Shown here: positions 19,194 through 33,459 of the stretch, in pieces
Layout of the letters: each line of letters begins with the position of its first letter
Position numbering within the stretch: position 1 is the first letter of the stretch
Sequence record: PZ445465.1
From: a phage
Length of the DNA stretch: 46,037 nt
Reading direction: 5' to 3' (one strand)
Translations under genes and position numbers: made by a program
The notes under the pieces: generated by a model
The model's database searches: none
What the model saw: only the letters and a program-made list of their open reading frames with translations
What the model was told of the DNA's origin: nothing

Positions 19194-19478
19194 ATGAACG
19201 AAACACTAAGGCAGGCAGCAGAGCAAGTTATAAGCGGGACGACAGGACAGGTGATTGACAAGGCTGGATATGCCTCCATTGGTACTGGTATTGGACTGAA
19301 AGTTGCAGAGCAAACGCCTGTCACGCAGTCTTATTTTGAGGCTATGATTCCACACAGTCTGACGGAGTGGGCGGCAGTAGCGTCAATCCTTGGCGCTCTG
19401 TCTCTGGTAATAAAGAACCTGTTTGAAATGTGGTGGAAAGTCCGGGAGTCAAAGAGAAATGACAGCACCAACACCTGA
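19194..19478 (+). CDS. membrane protein with holin-like topology
   Basis: TM segment WAAVASILGALSLVIKNLFEMWW followed by a charged tail KVRESKRNDSTNT. Confidence 0.35.
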   Translation: MNETLRQAAEQVISGTTGQVIDKAGYASIGTGIGLKVAEQTPVTQSYFEAMIPHSLTEWAAVASILGALSLVIKNLFEMWWKVRESKRNDSTNT

Positions 19479-19851
19479 AGAACTGGTCAGCCAAATGGCG
19501 AATCGCGGAATGACCATCACCACAACAGATGCGTCTGGCATTCTGTGTCTTGTGGCGTCAATCAGTGAATGCCTTGAGCTGAACTATCCCAATGATGAAT
19601 GCCGGCAAAATGCGATCATGCTGTGGGCTTCCATCCTGATTAGCGCAAATACCGCAGGGCGCTACGTCACCAGTCAGAGCGCACCATCTGGCGCATCGCA
19701 ATCATTCGCTTATGGCAGCAAGCCGTGGGTGGCGCTGTACAATCAGATGAAGCTACTGGATACGGCAGGATGCACTGGCGATTTGGTGGAAGACCCTGAC
19801 GGAAGCGGTAAGCCGTGGTTTGCGGTTGTGCGTGGGAGTAAGTGTAAATGA
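19459..19851 (+). CDS. head-tail connector/adaptor protein (putative)
   Basis: 130 aa at the start of the head-tail joining block; assignment is positional. Confidence 0.35.
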   Translation: MTAPTPEELVSQMANRGMTITTTDASGILCLVASISECLELNYPNDECRQNAIMLWASILISANTAGRYVTSQSAPSGASQSFAYGSKPWVALYNQMKLLDTAGCTGDLVEDPDGSGKPWFAVVRGSKCK

Positions 19852-20189
19852 CTTCACTGGCTAACTGGAGCTACACGCAACCATGCACCATCTGGCACAA
19901 AAGCGGCACTGACAAGTACGGAAAGCCGACTTTTGATGCACCAGTAAGCATCATGTGCGATTATGGCTTTAACGATGATGTATCGACCGATGCGAAAGGC
20001 AATGAGATTGTGCAGAAGAATACCTTCTGGACAGAATACACTGGCGCTAAGGTTGGTGATTACATCATGACTGGCACAGTGACAGAAGCTGACCCGCTGG
20101 CGGCTGGCGCAAACCAGATTCTGAATGTGATTAATTATGGCAACACGTTCAATCGTGCTGAGCCGCCTGACTTTGCACTGGTGACATAA
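19848..20189 (+). CDS. head-tail joining protein (putative)
   Basis: ATGA coupling; 113 aa; positional. Confidence 0.4.
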   Translation: MTSLANWSYTQPCTIWHKSGTDKYGKPTFDAPVSIMCDYGFNDDVSTDAKGNEIVQKNTFWTEYTGAKVGDYIMTGTVTEADPLAAGANQILNVINYGNTFNRAEPPDFALVT

Positions 20190-20653
20190 TGCCAGCGAAA
20201 TTAAGAGGCATTCAGGAGGCAATTCGCAAAACTGAGCAGATAGCTGGCACTATCACGGCAGAAAAAGCGGTGAGAGCAATCAAAAGTGCCAACTATATTA
20301 TTCGCACAGAAGCGGCAACAATAACGCCAATTGATACATCAAACCTTATCAATAGCCAATATGATACGGTGGAAGTGTCAGGGACGAGGATAACAGGAAA
20401 AATAGGATATTCTGCTGATTATGCTCTATATGTTCACCGCGCACCGGGGACACTAAAAGGAAAGCCACGCGCTCATTTTGGCAAGACCAATAACCTTTCA
20501 GATTTTGGCCCGAAACAGGTTAAGGAATTTGGTGGCGGCTCGCTGACAGGTAACTACTGGGACCCAAATGCCGAGCCACAATTCCTGACCAAGGCGGCGC
20601 AGCGCACAAAAGACCTGGTTGATAGTGTGATTAAGAAGGAGATGAAACTGTGA
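20189..20653 (+). CDS. HK97 gp10-like tail component (putative)
   Basis: NSQYDTVEVSGTRITGKIGYSADYALYVHRAPGT resembles the gp10 family pattern; TAATG coupling. Confidence 0.45.
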   Translation: MPAKLRGIQEAIRKTEQIAGTITAEKAVRAIKSANYIIRTEAATITPIDTSNLINSQYDTVEVSGTRITGKIGYSADYALYVHRAPGTLKGKPRAHFGKTNNLSDFGPKQVKEFGGGSLTGNYWDPNAEPQFLTKAAQRTKDLVDSVIKKEMKL

Positions 20654-21024
20654 ACATGCTTGAGCTGGTTGATGCATATCTTCAGGATGCAGGATTGTAT
20701 GATGGCTGGACTTCGCAGTTGCAGTTCTGGAACGACACCGGAGATGGCAACGAGCAATTTATTGTTCTGCAATCCAATGGTGGCACGCAGGTGATGGACG
20801 GCCTCGGCGGTGACTTCTATTTCTCGCTGTACGTTGTTGGGAAACAAGGCCAGTACAATGTTGCTGATGTCGACGCTAAAGCCAATGAGATTATCGAATA
20901 CATCAAGACACATCCGATTGATTCATGCGTGAACTACATCCAGTTGCAGGCTCCTCTCGGACGACCAATGTTGACGGAGGAGAAGCGCCCTGTGCATGAG
21001 TTGCTTTTGCGGGTTGTGAAATAA
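20650..21024 (+). CDS. tail terminator / neck protein (putative)
   Basis: 124 aa, last gene before a terminator and the major tail gene; start GTG 20650 or ATG 20656. Confidence 0.35.
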   Translation: MNMLELVDAYLQDAGLYDGWTSQLQFWNDTGDGNEQFIVLQSNGGTQVMDGLGGDFYFSLYVVGKQGQYNVADVDAKANEIIEYIKTHPIDSCVNYIQLQAPLGRPMLTEEKRPVHELLLRVVK

Positions 21025-21078
21025 ATAAAGCCGCACGAAGCGGCCTTATTGCTGGTTTAAGCATTGCCAGCATGCTTT

Positions 21079-21144
21079 CTTAATATCCAGCCCCGTAACC
21101 CATACATACCCCTACATATGATTGCGATAATGCTGGATATTAAG
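21079..21144. repeat. perfect 13-bp inverted repeat (CTTAATATCCAGC / GCTGGATATTAAG) separated by 40 nt
   Basis: read directly; a second small hairpin GCCGG-N9-CCGGC lies at 21155-21173; located in a ~0.65 kb region of low coding potential. Confidence 0.6.
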
Positions 21145-21688
21145 TGTTGTGGTGGCCGGTGCTGATATCCGGCATAAGGCGCTTATTCGGCGGCGTCGAG
21201 CTTGCTTATTCGCTTGAGCCATCCTCGTGAGTCAGCCACGTCCCACTGCGCATCAGCCTGCGCATTCACCACAACGGAAATAGCACTGGATAACCAAGCG
21301 CGCAGACTCTTCACGATTATCTGCTCAATGCTCTTACCTGTTGTGTGCCACGTTTCGTGTGGCTTACGGCAACGACATTACCTGGTTATTCGCTGCACCC
21401 TTGAGGGATTTACTAAGGCGACATGCCCGTTGTTACCCACGAATGAGAGTACTGTCTTCGAGCAGACTTTGCGCGCAAGAACGACGATCAATCACAATAC
21501 CCTCATTTGTGGGTGCCCATTATTAATCACAGCGGGCCACTGCGCCGAATTTGCTTACAAGGAATCGGAAGACCTTGCTGACTTACAGGCTATTACGCCG
21601 CCATCAGAACAACATCATCGTTTGCATTTATCTTTGTGGTCAGTTTCTAAAAAGTCCGCAAAGTCGCTTACGAAAACCATCTGAAATA

Positions 21689-21733
21689 CAATCTACACCA
21701 CAAAATAATCACTGTCAACACCTGTGATATAAT
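21689..21733 (+). promoter_or_regulatory. promoter of the major tail gene: CAATCTACACC motif, TGTCAACACC, extended -10 TGATATAAT
   Basis: motif 21689-21699; TGATATAAT 21725-21733; GGAGA RBS and ATG 21770 downstream. Confidence 0.5.
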
Positions 21734-21769
21734 CACCACGTTAGCAGCTAACACAATTCGGAGATCGAA

Positions 21770-22486
21770 ATGGCTATTTGTGCAAATGATAAAGGCGTTC
21801 TGGTCGGTCGCATGACCAGACTGTTCCTTGCTGAAGGGTGCGGAGACGCAGTTCCGGAGGCGGGAGACTGGAAGTATTTAGGCTCAACCACCAGTAAGGG
21901 TGTTGACTACTCGCCGCAGACTACCACGTCGGAGGCAGATACCACTGGCGGTTTTGTTTCCACTCTCGTTACCAGCTCTGATATGACCATCAGCGCAGAG
22001 GTGGAAATCCGCAAGAATGACCCGAGCGATGAGTTTGGCTTCCATCGTCTGGTTGAGATTTACGCCACCGAACTGAAAGCTCGTCGCCAGCCTTCCTTGT
22101 GGGTGCGTCAGGTGACTGGTGCGACTATCGTTACGGCGTATTGCAACATCACCAGCATCAGCTACGAAGGTGGTACGAACGATATCGTTACTGGCAGCCT
22201 TGAGTTCAAGGTTTACGATTCTGATAGCGTTACCGTCGAAAGCCTTGAGCCTCTGGCATTCACTACAGACCTGCCATCAACTGGCACGGCTGGCAGCCCG
22301 TTAACTGTTGCTGTTGAAGGTGGTGTCGCTCCTTACACTTATGTATGGCGCAAAGATGGCGTGGTTGTCGGCAGCGAATCAGGCGCGTCTCTGGCAAGCC
22401 CTGCCGCTGGCGTGTATACCGTCACGGTGACTGATTCGTCTACTGACCCTGAAATTATTATCAGCACGGCTTGCACTGTGTCCTGA
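21770..22486 (+). CDS. major tail protein with C-terminal Ig-like domain
   Basis: 238 aa; C-terminal GGVAPYTYVWRKDG...AGVYTVTVTDS is Ig-like; flanked by a strong promoter and a terminator. Confidence 0.65.
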   Translation: MAICANDKGVLVGRMTRLFLAEGCGDAVPEAGDWKYLGSTTSKGVDYSPQTTTSEADTTGGFVSTLVTSSDMTISAEVEIRKNDPSDEFGFHRLVEIYATELKARRQPSLWVRQVTGATIVTAYCNITSISYEGGTNDIVTGSLEFKVYDSDSVTVESLEPLAFTTDLPSTGTAGSPLTVAVEGGVAPYTYVWRKDGVVVGSESGASLASPAAGVYTVTVTDSSTDPEIIISTACTVS

Positions 22487-22493
22487 TAAATAA

Positions 22494-22520
22494 AAAAGCC
22501 CCGGAAGGGGCTTTGTTTTA
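22494..22520. terminator. bidirectional rho-independent terminator
   Basis: AGCCCC-GGAA-GGGGCT flanked by A-run and T-rich tract. Confidence 0.6.
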
Positions 22521-22784
22521 TTCTTGCGGTGGCTCTGGTAGTGGCATCCAGTGGGTGGCATCACTAATCAAGCCATATTCATTAGTTTGAGGGTGATTAC
22601 CGCGCCCATCTCCGTATTTAAAACTCTCCATAAAGCCATAATGTTTATCACCATTAATGTTCACAAAACCGTAATAAGCAGGAATAACGCCGATCTCACA
22701 CGTAACCAGTAAGGGAAAACTAGTTCTCCAGTTTAGCTCGCCAATTACAGGCATCCTCTCACTGCACTTAATCCACTGGATCAT
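22518..22784 (-). CDS. DUF551 domain protein
   Basis: N-terminal WIKCSERMP and C-terminal THWMPLPEPP, characteristic of DUF551. Confidence 0.65.
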   Translation of the reverse strand: MIQWIKCSERMPVIGELNWRTSFPLLVTCEIGVIPAYYGFVNINGDKHYGFMESFKYGDGRGNHPQTNEYGLISDATHWMPLPEPPQE

Positions 22785-22924
22785 ATCACCTTATCCTCAT
22801 CAAAAATCACACCAATCACACGAAGCAAGTCTTTCGCCATGCGTTCAGCTTCTTCATAGTCGTAACCCGCATCGACATACAAATCGGTGTAGAAAATCAG
22901 GTCGGATTTTGTTTGTTCGTTCAT
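22781..22924 (-). CDS. hypothetical small acidic protein (47 aa)
   Basis: unlisted ORF coupled by ATGA overlaps at both ends. Confidence 0.35.
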   Translation of the reverse strand: MNEQTKSDLIFYTDLYVDAGYDYEEAERMAKDLLRVIGVIFDEDKVI

Positions 22925-23115
22925 TTTTTATCGCCGCTCTTAACTAATGCCCAAACAAGCGCGGCGACCCAGCCAATAAAACTCCATCCAACGAGAATAT
23001 TCAGTACGCAGATTGCAGTCGTGTTTACGTGCTTGCGTTGCAGAGCCACAAAAGATGGCAGGAGGTACGCAAATATCACCAACCCAACAAAAAACAACAA
23101 AATAACGACGTCCAT
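22921..23115 (-). CDS. superinfection immunity (Imm-like) membrane protein (putative)
   Basis: 64 aa; LPSFVALQRKHVNTTAICVLNILVGWSFIGWVAALVWAL resembles the GW..GW..AL.WA pattern of small Imm-type superinfection immunity proteins; GAGGT RBS. Confidence 0.5.
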   Translation of the reverse strand: MDVVILLFFVGLVIFAYLLPSFVALQRKHVNTTAICVLNILVGWSFIGWVAALVWALVKSGDKK

Positions 23116-23147
23116 AGCTAACCTCAACTGTTAATAACTTGTTTATA

Positions 23148-23441
23148 TTACATGCCATTCTTTTCACACAAAGCAACAGCCACATCACGCAATTGCTCTT
23201 TAGTCATATCCTTGCGTGCATAAACCATTTCTACGATAGCAAGGCCGATTATTTCTGCTGATTCGTTGTTTTTTGCAGAACCTTTTACCACCACTTCCGC
23301 AAGATTCTTGCTGATACCGTTATCGCGAACATCAGCAGTGTTCATGGCGATTTCTCCAATGTTTTTGCACATATCGGAAGTCGCACTGGCGGCAAAAGAA
23401 GAAGCCAATAGTACAGATGCAATCAACATTTTAATTTTCAT
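23148..23441 (-). CDS. secreted small protein with cleavable signal peptide
   Basis: MKIKMLIASVLLASSFAASA signal peptide and no lipobox; GAGGTG RBS; first gene of the leftward cassette. Confidence 0.5.
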   Translation of the reverse strand: MKIKMLIASVLLASSFAASATSDMCKNIGEIAMNTADVRDNGISKNLAEVVVKGSAKNNESAEIIGLAIVEMVYARKDMTKEQLRDVAVALCEKNGM

Positions 23442-23479
23442 AACTCACCTCATTTATTCATCACTCGTTTCGATGACTT

Positions 23480-23529
23480 GAATCTACATCACCACCTCGC
23501 AGGTGTCAACACCACTGAGATGATATAAT
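23480..23529. promoter_or_regulatory. divergent promoter region: GAATCTACATC motif, GTGTCAACACC, extended -10 TGATATAAT
   Basis: motif 23480-23490; TGATATAAT 23521-23529; between divergent starts 23441 and 23559. Confidence 0.5.
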
Positions 23530-23558
23530 CAACATCAGTCAAATTCAGGATGCAAAAC

Positions 23559-24266
23559 ATGAGCAATCGCACGCCACTAACAGAAATCGGGGAGATGCGC
23601 ATCTCTCTTTCTGACAGGAGTTTTTTCTTTAAGCCATCATTCCGCGCCATGAATGAAATTGGCACACCAAAAGAAATCGTCGAGGTGTACGCTAAGCTCA
23701 ATGGCATTGATTATGTTGCGCCATTGCAGCACGTAGAATACCTACCATTTGGCGCGCAGATGCAGGTTATGAAGACTATCAATAAGCCTGTGTATGGTCG
23801 CCATGTGCTGAGCGCAGCCTATATTGTCATGCAGTCATGCTGTGAAGATGATGTTTCTGTGTTGATTGGTGGCTGGAAGCCAACACCGCGCGGCGTGCGA
23901 TATGTTCCAGGCATCATGCCAGTGAGCGACATTATTATTATTGCGCGTAACCTTATGCAGCATGGCATCATCGGAAAATCTCCACTCAAAGTGCCTGAGC
24001 GTCTGGAAGAGCAGGGAAAGAAAACCACAAACGAGTTTCATGCATCGCAATACATCATCTCAGCACGCACGCATTTCGACATGACGCGCGATGAGGCAGA
24101 AAACCTGTCTATGACAGAGTTTCAGATGATGATTAAGAATAAATATCCAGAGCCGAAAGGGTTAACGAAAGAAGAACGCGCAGCAGAGTACGATCAGGCT
24201 AAAGCAGACCGTGAGCGCATGAAGGCACTGGCTGAACGCAAAGCGAAAAAAGCGAGGAATACATAA
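23559..24266 (+). CDS. tail assembly chaperone (putative)
   Basis: 235-aa ORF immediately upstream of the tape measure gene with TAATG coupling; Lys/Arg-rich C-terminus. Confidence 0.45.
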   Translation: MSNRTPLTEIGEMRISLSDRSFFFKPSFRAMNEIGTPKEIVEVYAKLNGIDYVAPLQHVEYLPFGAQMQVMKTINKPVYGRHVLSAAYIVMQSCCEDDVSVLIGGWKPTPRGVRYVPGIMPVSDIIIIARNLMQHGIIGKSPLKVPERLEEQGKKTTNEFHASQYIISARTHFDMTRDEAENLSMTEFQMMIKNKYPEPKGLTKEERAAEYDQAKADRERMKALAERKAKKARNT

Positions 24267-26748
24267 TGGCTGAAGAAGTCGGCGGAATTGTCTATGAAGT
24301 CGGGATGGATGTATCCGGGCTGACGACTGGCGGGCAAAAGGTAAACAAGGTTCTTCAGGAGATTGAGAAGTCAATTGATGAGTCAATTGCCGGGATAAAT
24401 AAACTTGATACCGGATTAAAAAACACCGCATCGACAGCTGAGAAATCTGGCAGGAGTTTCTCCAGTTTAAATAACGCCATGAGACAGGGCGGCTACCAGA
24501 TTCAGGACTTTGTAGTTCAGGTGCAGAGCGGACAATCGGCACTCGTTGCTTTAAGTCAACAAGGTAGTCAGTTATTAAGCGTCTTTGGTTCTGGAGGCGC
24601 AGTTGCCGGTGCATTGCTAACCATCGGTACGGTAATCGTTGGCTCATTAATTGCTGGCATGGATAACGCAGCCGTTTCCACAAAGGCGCTCACCGCAGCA
24701 CAGCAGCGACTTGCTGACATATTCCAGCTTTCTGCTAATGGAGTTGTAGTTCTCTCTGACAAATTCGCAACACTGGCTAAACAGTCAGAAAACGCCGCCA
24801 GAGCACAGTTAACAATGGCTCTGATTGATGCAAACAATATCATCAAGGCTTCAGTGCAGGGCGTCAATGAGCTTGGCGACGCACTTGGCTCATGGAAAGC
24901 GCCACTATCAGCCGCCATCAGCCAGCTTGACACACTGAAAGCAAGAGGCATTGATGTAAACACAGCACTCAAGAATCTTGGCGGGACATATGAGGGTAAT
25001 ATCCTCGGACTAAACCAGCTTAATCAGGTGGTAAAAAGTCTGGCAGATGAGTTTGGCATAAGCGCCGAGGATGCTTTGAAGCTGGTTGAAGCTCTGGCGG
25101 CGGTGAGAAAAAACGCCAATCCTGAAACAATAGCAGAATTACGTGACCTGACTGTTGACCTTAGTCAGAAATATGGATATGCAAACAAGTCGCTATCTGA
25201 ACTGACTGGCAAGGTTGGCGAATATTCCATTTCAGCAGATCAGGCAGCAGAATCTACAAAAATGGCTACCGACATGCTTAACGGTCACAAGGTAGCTTCA
25301 GAAGAGGATGCGAGAGCAACTGAAGAAAACACGAAAAGGCTTCAGGCTTACATCCAGTCGATCAAGGAAGAAGGTGAAACCATCGCCTTTACCGCCAGAC
25401 AAAAGGCTCTGTACAGAGCAGAGCAGCTTGGAGCAAGTGACGCAGATAAGCAAACAATCAACTCGTCGTTCGACAAGATAGAGGCTTACAAAGCTGAACT
25501 TGCCGCAAAGAAAGAGCAGGAAAGGCAAGATAAAAAACGCATAACTGCATCAACAAAACAGGCCAATCTTGAAGAGTCGGTAGCTCAGAAGCTGGAAAAA
25601 TTACGCCAGCAAACCATGCTCAATGCCACGTCTACCAGCGAACTATCACGCGAGCAAGCAATTCTCAACGCGCAGCAATCGCTTGGCAAGGCCGCCACTC
25701 AGGAGCAAATAAAACTGGCTGGTGAGTACGCTGCGAAGATTTGGGACCAGAAGAATGCATTGAAGGAGCAAGCAGAAGCGGAAAAAGAAAAGCAACGCGT
25801 AGAAAAATCATATCAAGGGTTGCGCGCTATTGCATCGCCAACCACTGGCATTGACAGTGAATACCAGCAACGTATGGCTGACCTTGACGCCTACGCCGCA
25901 GCATATCCGCAGAAAATCACGGAGATTGAGCAGACTCGCGCAGCAATTGAAGCACAATACCGCCAACAGCGAATGGACGCTATGTGGGCTGAATGGCAGC
26001 AACAAAGCCTCGGTGCGCAACTGTTCGGTACCGCTCTTGATTCAGCAATGAGTACGGCATCAAACAGCATCACCGGATTGCTTACCGGAACGATGAGCGT
26101 TCAGGATGCCATGCGCAGCCTCGGCTCTACGGTGCTGAACTCTCTGGTAAACAGCTTCATTGAAATGGGTGTGCAGTGGGTTAAATCTGCTGTTATGGGG
26201 CAGACTGCACAGGTTGCGGCTACGGCAACCACAACGGCGGCGCAAACGGCAGGATTGGCAACCACAACAGCAGCATCTACGGCGGCGGCAGCAACCACTA
26301 CGGCGGCATGGACTCCGGCAGCAATCGTCGCATCAATCGGCTCATTCGGCGGGGCGGCTGCAATTGGGGTAGGTGCCGTTCTCGGAGCGCTGGCGATGGG
26401 CATTGCTGGCAAGCGTAAAAATGGTGGCCCTGTTAGTGCCGGAAGTATGTACGAAGTTGGCGAAAATGGCTTGCCTGAAATATTCCAGGCGTCCAACGGC
26501 CGCCAGTATATGATTCCCGGTAACGATGGATCAGTTATCAGCAACAAAGACCTGACAGGCGGCAGCAGTGGCGTTGTAGTTTATAATAGCATTATCAATA
26601 ACAGCTCAGCGCAGGTTAGCAGCAGCGCCAGAGATAATGGTGACGGCAGCGTGACGATTGAGACGATTGTGAGTGATATAGAAAACAACGGCCCCATTGG
26701 GCAAAGCATTAGCCGCAACTACTCAGCAAACCGGAGAGCAACCGAATA

Positions 26749-26749
<1 letters not shown>
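24266..26749 (+). CDS. tail tape measure protein
   Basis: 827 aa, extensive coiled-coil-like low-complexity sequence, Ala/Thr-rich repeat and hydrophobic C-terminal segment; located between chaperone and minor tail genes. Confidence 0.85.
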
Positions 26750-31471
<4,722 letters not shown>

Positions 31472-31510
31472 TACAATATACATCAAATTCACAAAGGAGC
31501 ATTTATTATA

Positions 31511-33418
31511 ATGGCTACCACACCAACTAATAAACCAATTCCGTCAGAAGATCCTCGCGACCTTAAATTTAATGCAGGGAAAATCGACGAGGTGGTAACA
31601 TCTAACGCGCATTACTACACCGACCGCTTCGGAGTTCGCCGGTTTACTATCGCCGGTTTCCAATATACAGCAGAAGAAGCTATCCGTAATTATGGCTATA
31701 TCACGATGGACAGTTTTGAGGATGGGGCGACACTGACGTTGCCTAATCAGGTTCTGCGCTATGAGGCTACTGGCGAATATTACCGCTGGGACGGTGAATT
31801 TCCTAAAACTGTTTCTTCCGGCTCAACACCTGAAGCATCTGGCGGTGTTGGTATTGGTGCATGGGTTAGTGTTGGTGATGCTTCATTGCGCAGTGATTTG
31901 GCCCTAAGCACTGGCGCAGGGTTAGTTGGGACAACATCCGGCAGGACCGTACAGGCAGAGTTTGACCATTTCAAAATAGGGTATATGACACCCGATGATT
32001 TCGGCGCGGTAGGTGATGGTGCCACCGACGACACCACGCCTTTGCAACAGGCTATTGACTATTGTTCAAGCAACGGTATCGCGTTAAGAATCCCCGCAAA
32101 ATCTTATGTTTGGAATGGCGGTATTATAACTTCACCCATAACAATAATCGGTGACAGACGTCCAGATTACAATTTTAGCTCCAATTCTATGTCTAACGGG
32201 TCTGTCATAATTGGCAATTTAAGATTTTCCGCAAGCCAGGTGATTATTAAGTCACTTGGTGTGCGTAGGCCTACAGGCTCCCCCGGAGATTGTCTGGTGT
32301 TATCGACCGATAACTATGCTGGTGGGTCTTGTATTGTTCAAGATGTAGTTGCCGCGGGCCTTTCCGGTTCGGACAAGTACCACAGCGTTCTTGTTGAAGG
32401 CTACGATTCCGCGCATGTATCTCAAATAACTGGCGGTTATAATCTTTTTGGCCTCGCGATTAAGTCAAGAAACGTTGTTGCCAGAGGCGTAATAACCGTA
32501 AGCTGTGATACTGGCGTTATCATTAAATCTGATAGTGAGTTCAGCACGGCAAAAAATGTGGTGCTGGACGGGCACATTAATGTCGGTAATGGTGTTTCTA
32601 GTCAAGGTGTTTGGATTTACAGCACAACCGCACAACTTGAGCGTATTACCTGCGCAAACTTACAAAGCATCGATTCCGCTATACATATGCGGATTAAGTC
32701 CGAAAACGTAGCTAATGACGTGCAAATTGTTGGGGCAAATTATTCAGGATCTACTTATGCGGATGTGCTCGTCGAAGGCACTTCGGCTGGCACGTTGTAC
32801 AATGTTAGTTTAGATAGTATAACCGCAGTAAATAGCCAGAAATTTATGGCTGCAGGTTTCTGTGAACAACTGATGGTAACAGGATTCTATGGGTCCCTGA
32901 AACCTGGCGCTCCCGCCGATACTGCGTTTGAGGTTAGCACCGCCGTAGGGCTTTTTAGCGGGTCAAATATCCAACTAGTCCGTCAATACAGCAGTGACCT
33001 AATGACAATTAATCTCGGTAACAGTTATCTTAATAATAGATTATCATCTGTTAAGGCGAAAGTAATAGGAAACGGCAAACCTAGGCCGGGGTATAAAGAA
33101 CAGAATCTTAGCGGCGCTGCGGCTACAATGATTGTTGGCGACAGTTTGGGGCCCTCTGGGGTTGTGTCTGTCACCGCGATATCCGCCGGCAGTTCATTCA
33201 GCAGTATTGCTATTAATGACGACTATGGTCAGCCGGTTAAGCCAGGTTTTCTTCTAATAATCCGAAACGCATCCGCTATCTCGTTCGTTATGAACCATAA
33301 TCCAGGGTCTGGTGGAATCGCAAATAACGGGGCGGTTGGTAAGACCATTGCGGGCGGAGACACTATAATGTACGTTTTTGACGGGGCGAATTGGCGTCAA
33401 ACTCCATCTATAGCTTAA
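31511..33418 (+). CDS. tailspike / depolymerase with pectate-lyase-like beta-helix
   Basis: DDFGAVGDGATDDTTPLQQAIDY is the pectate lyase-3 signature; 635 aa; last tail gene, followed by a terminator. Confidence 0.75.
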   Translation: MATTPTNKPIPSEDPRDLKFNAGKIDEVVTSNAHYYTDRFGVRRFTIAGFQYTAEEAIRNYGYITMDSFEDGATLTLPNQVLRYEATGEYYRWDGEFPKTVSSGSTPEASGGVGIGAWVSVGDASLRSDLALSTGAGLVGTTSGRTVQAEFDHFKIGYMTPDDFGAVGDGATDDTTPLQQAIDYCSSNGIALRIPAKSYVWNGGIITSPITIIGDRRPDYNFSSNSMSNGSVIIGNLRFSASQVIIKSLGVRRPTGSPGDCLVLSTDNYAGGSCIVQDVVAAGLSGSDKYHSVLVEGYDSAHVSQITGGYNLFGLAIKSRNVVARGVITVSCDTGVIIKSDSEFSTAKNVVLDGHINVGNGVSSQGVWIYSTTAQLERITCANLQSIDSAIHMRIKSENVANDVQIVGANYSGSTYADVLVEGTSAGTLYNVSLDSITAVNSQKFMAAGFCEQLMVTGFYGSLKPGAPADTAFEVSTAVGLFSGSNIQLVRQYSSDLMTINLGNSYLNNRLSSVKAKVIGNGKPRPGYKEQNLSGAAATMIVGDSLGPSGVVSVTAISAGSSFSSIAINDDYGQPVKPGFLLIIRNASAISFVMNHNPGSGGIANNGAVGKTIAGGDTIMYVFDGANWRQTPSIA

Positions 33419-33422
33419 AACT

Positions 33423-33448
33423 AAGGCCCCGAAAGGGGCCTTTTATCT
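33423..33448. terminator. rho-independent terminator between convergent genes
   Basis: AAGGCCCC-GAAA-GGGGCCTT followed by TTATCTTT. Confidence 0.55.
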
Positions 33449-33459
33449 TTGGTCACCAT

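Noticed and set aside
21202-21684. 160-aa plus-strand ORF in the low-coding region
   Set aside because: No RBS, first ATG only at 21328, odd Cys/His/Thr-rich composition and no resemblance to anything recognisable; the region is treated as probably non-coding (see finding).
26101-26547. 148-aa antisense ORF within the tape measure gene
   Set aside because: Produced by the Ala/Thr-rich repeat, which keeps the antisense frame open (poly-Ala/Val translation); the tape measure frame is the coding one.
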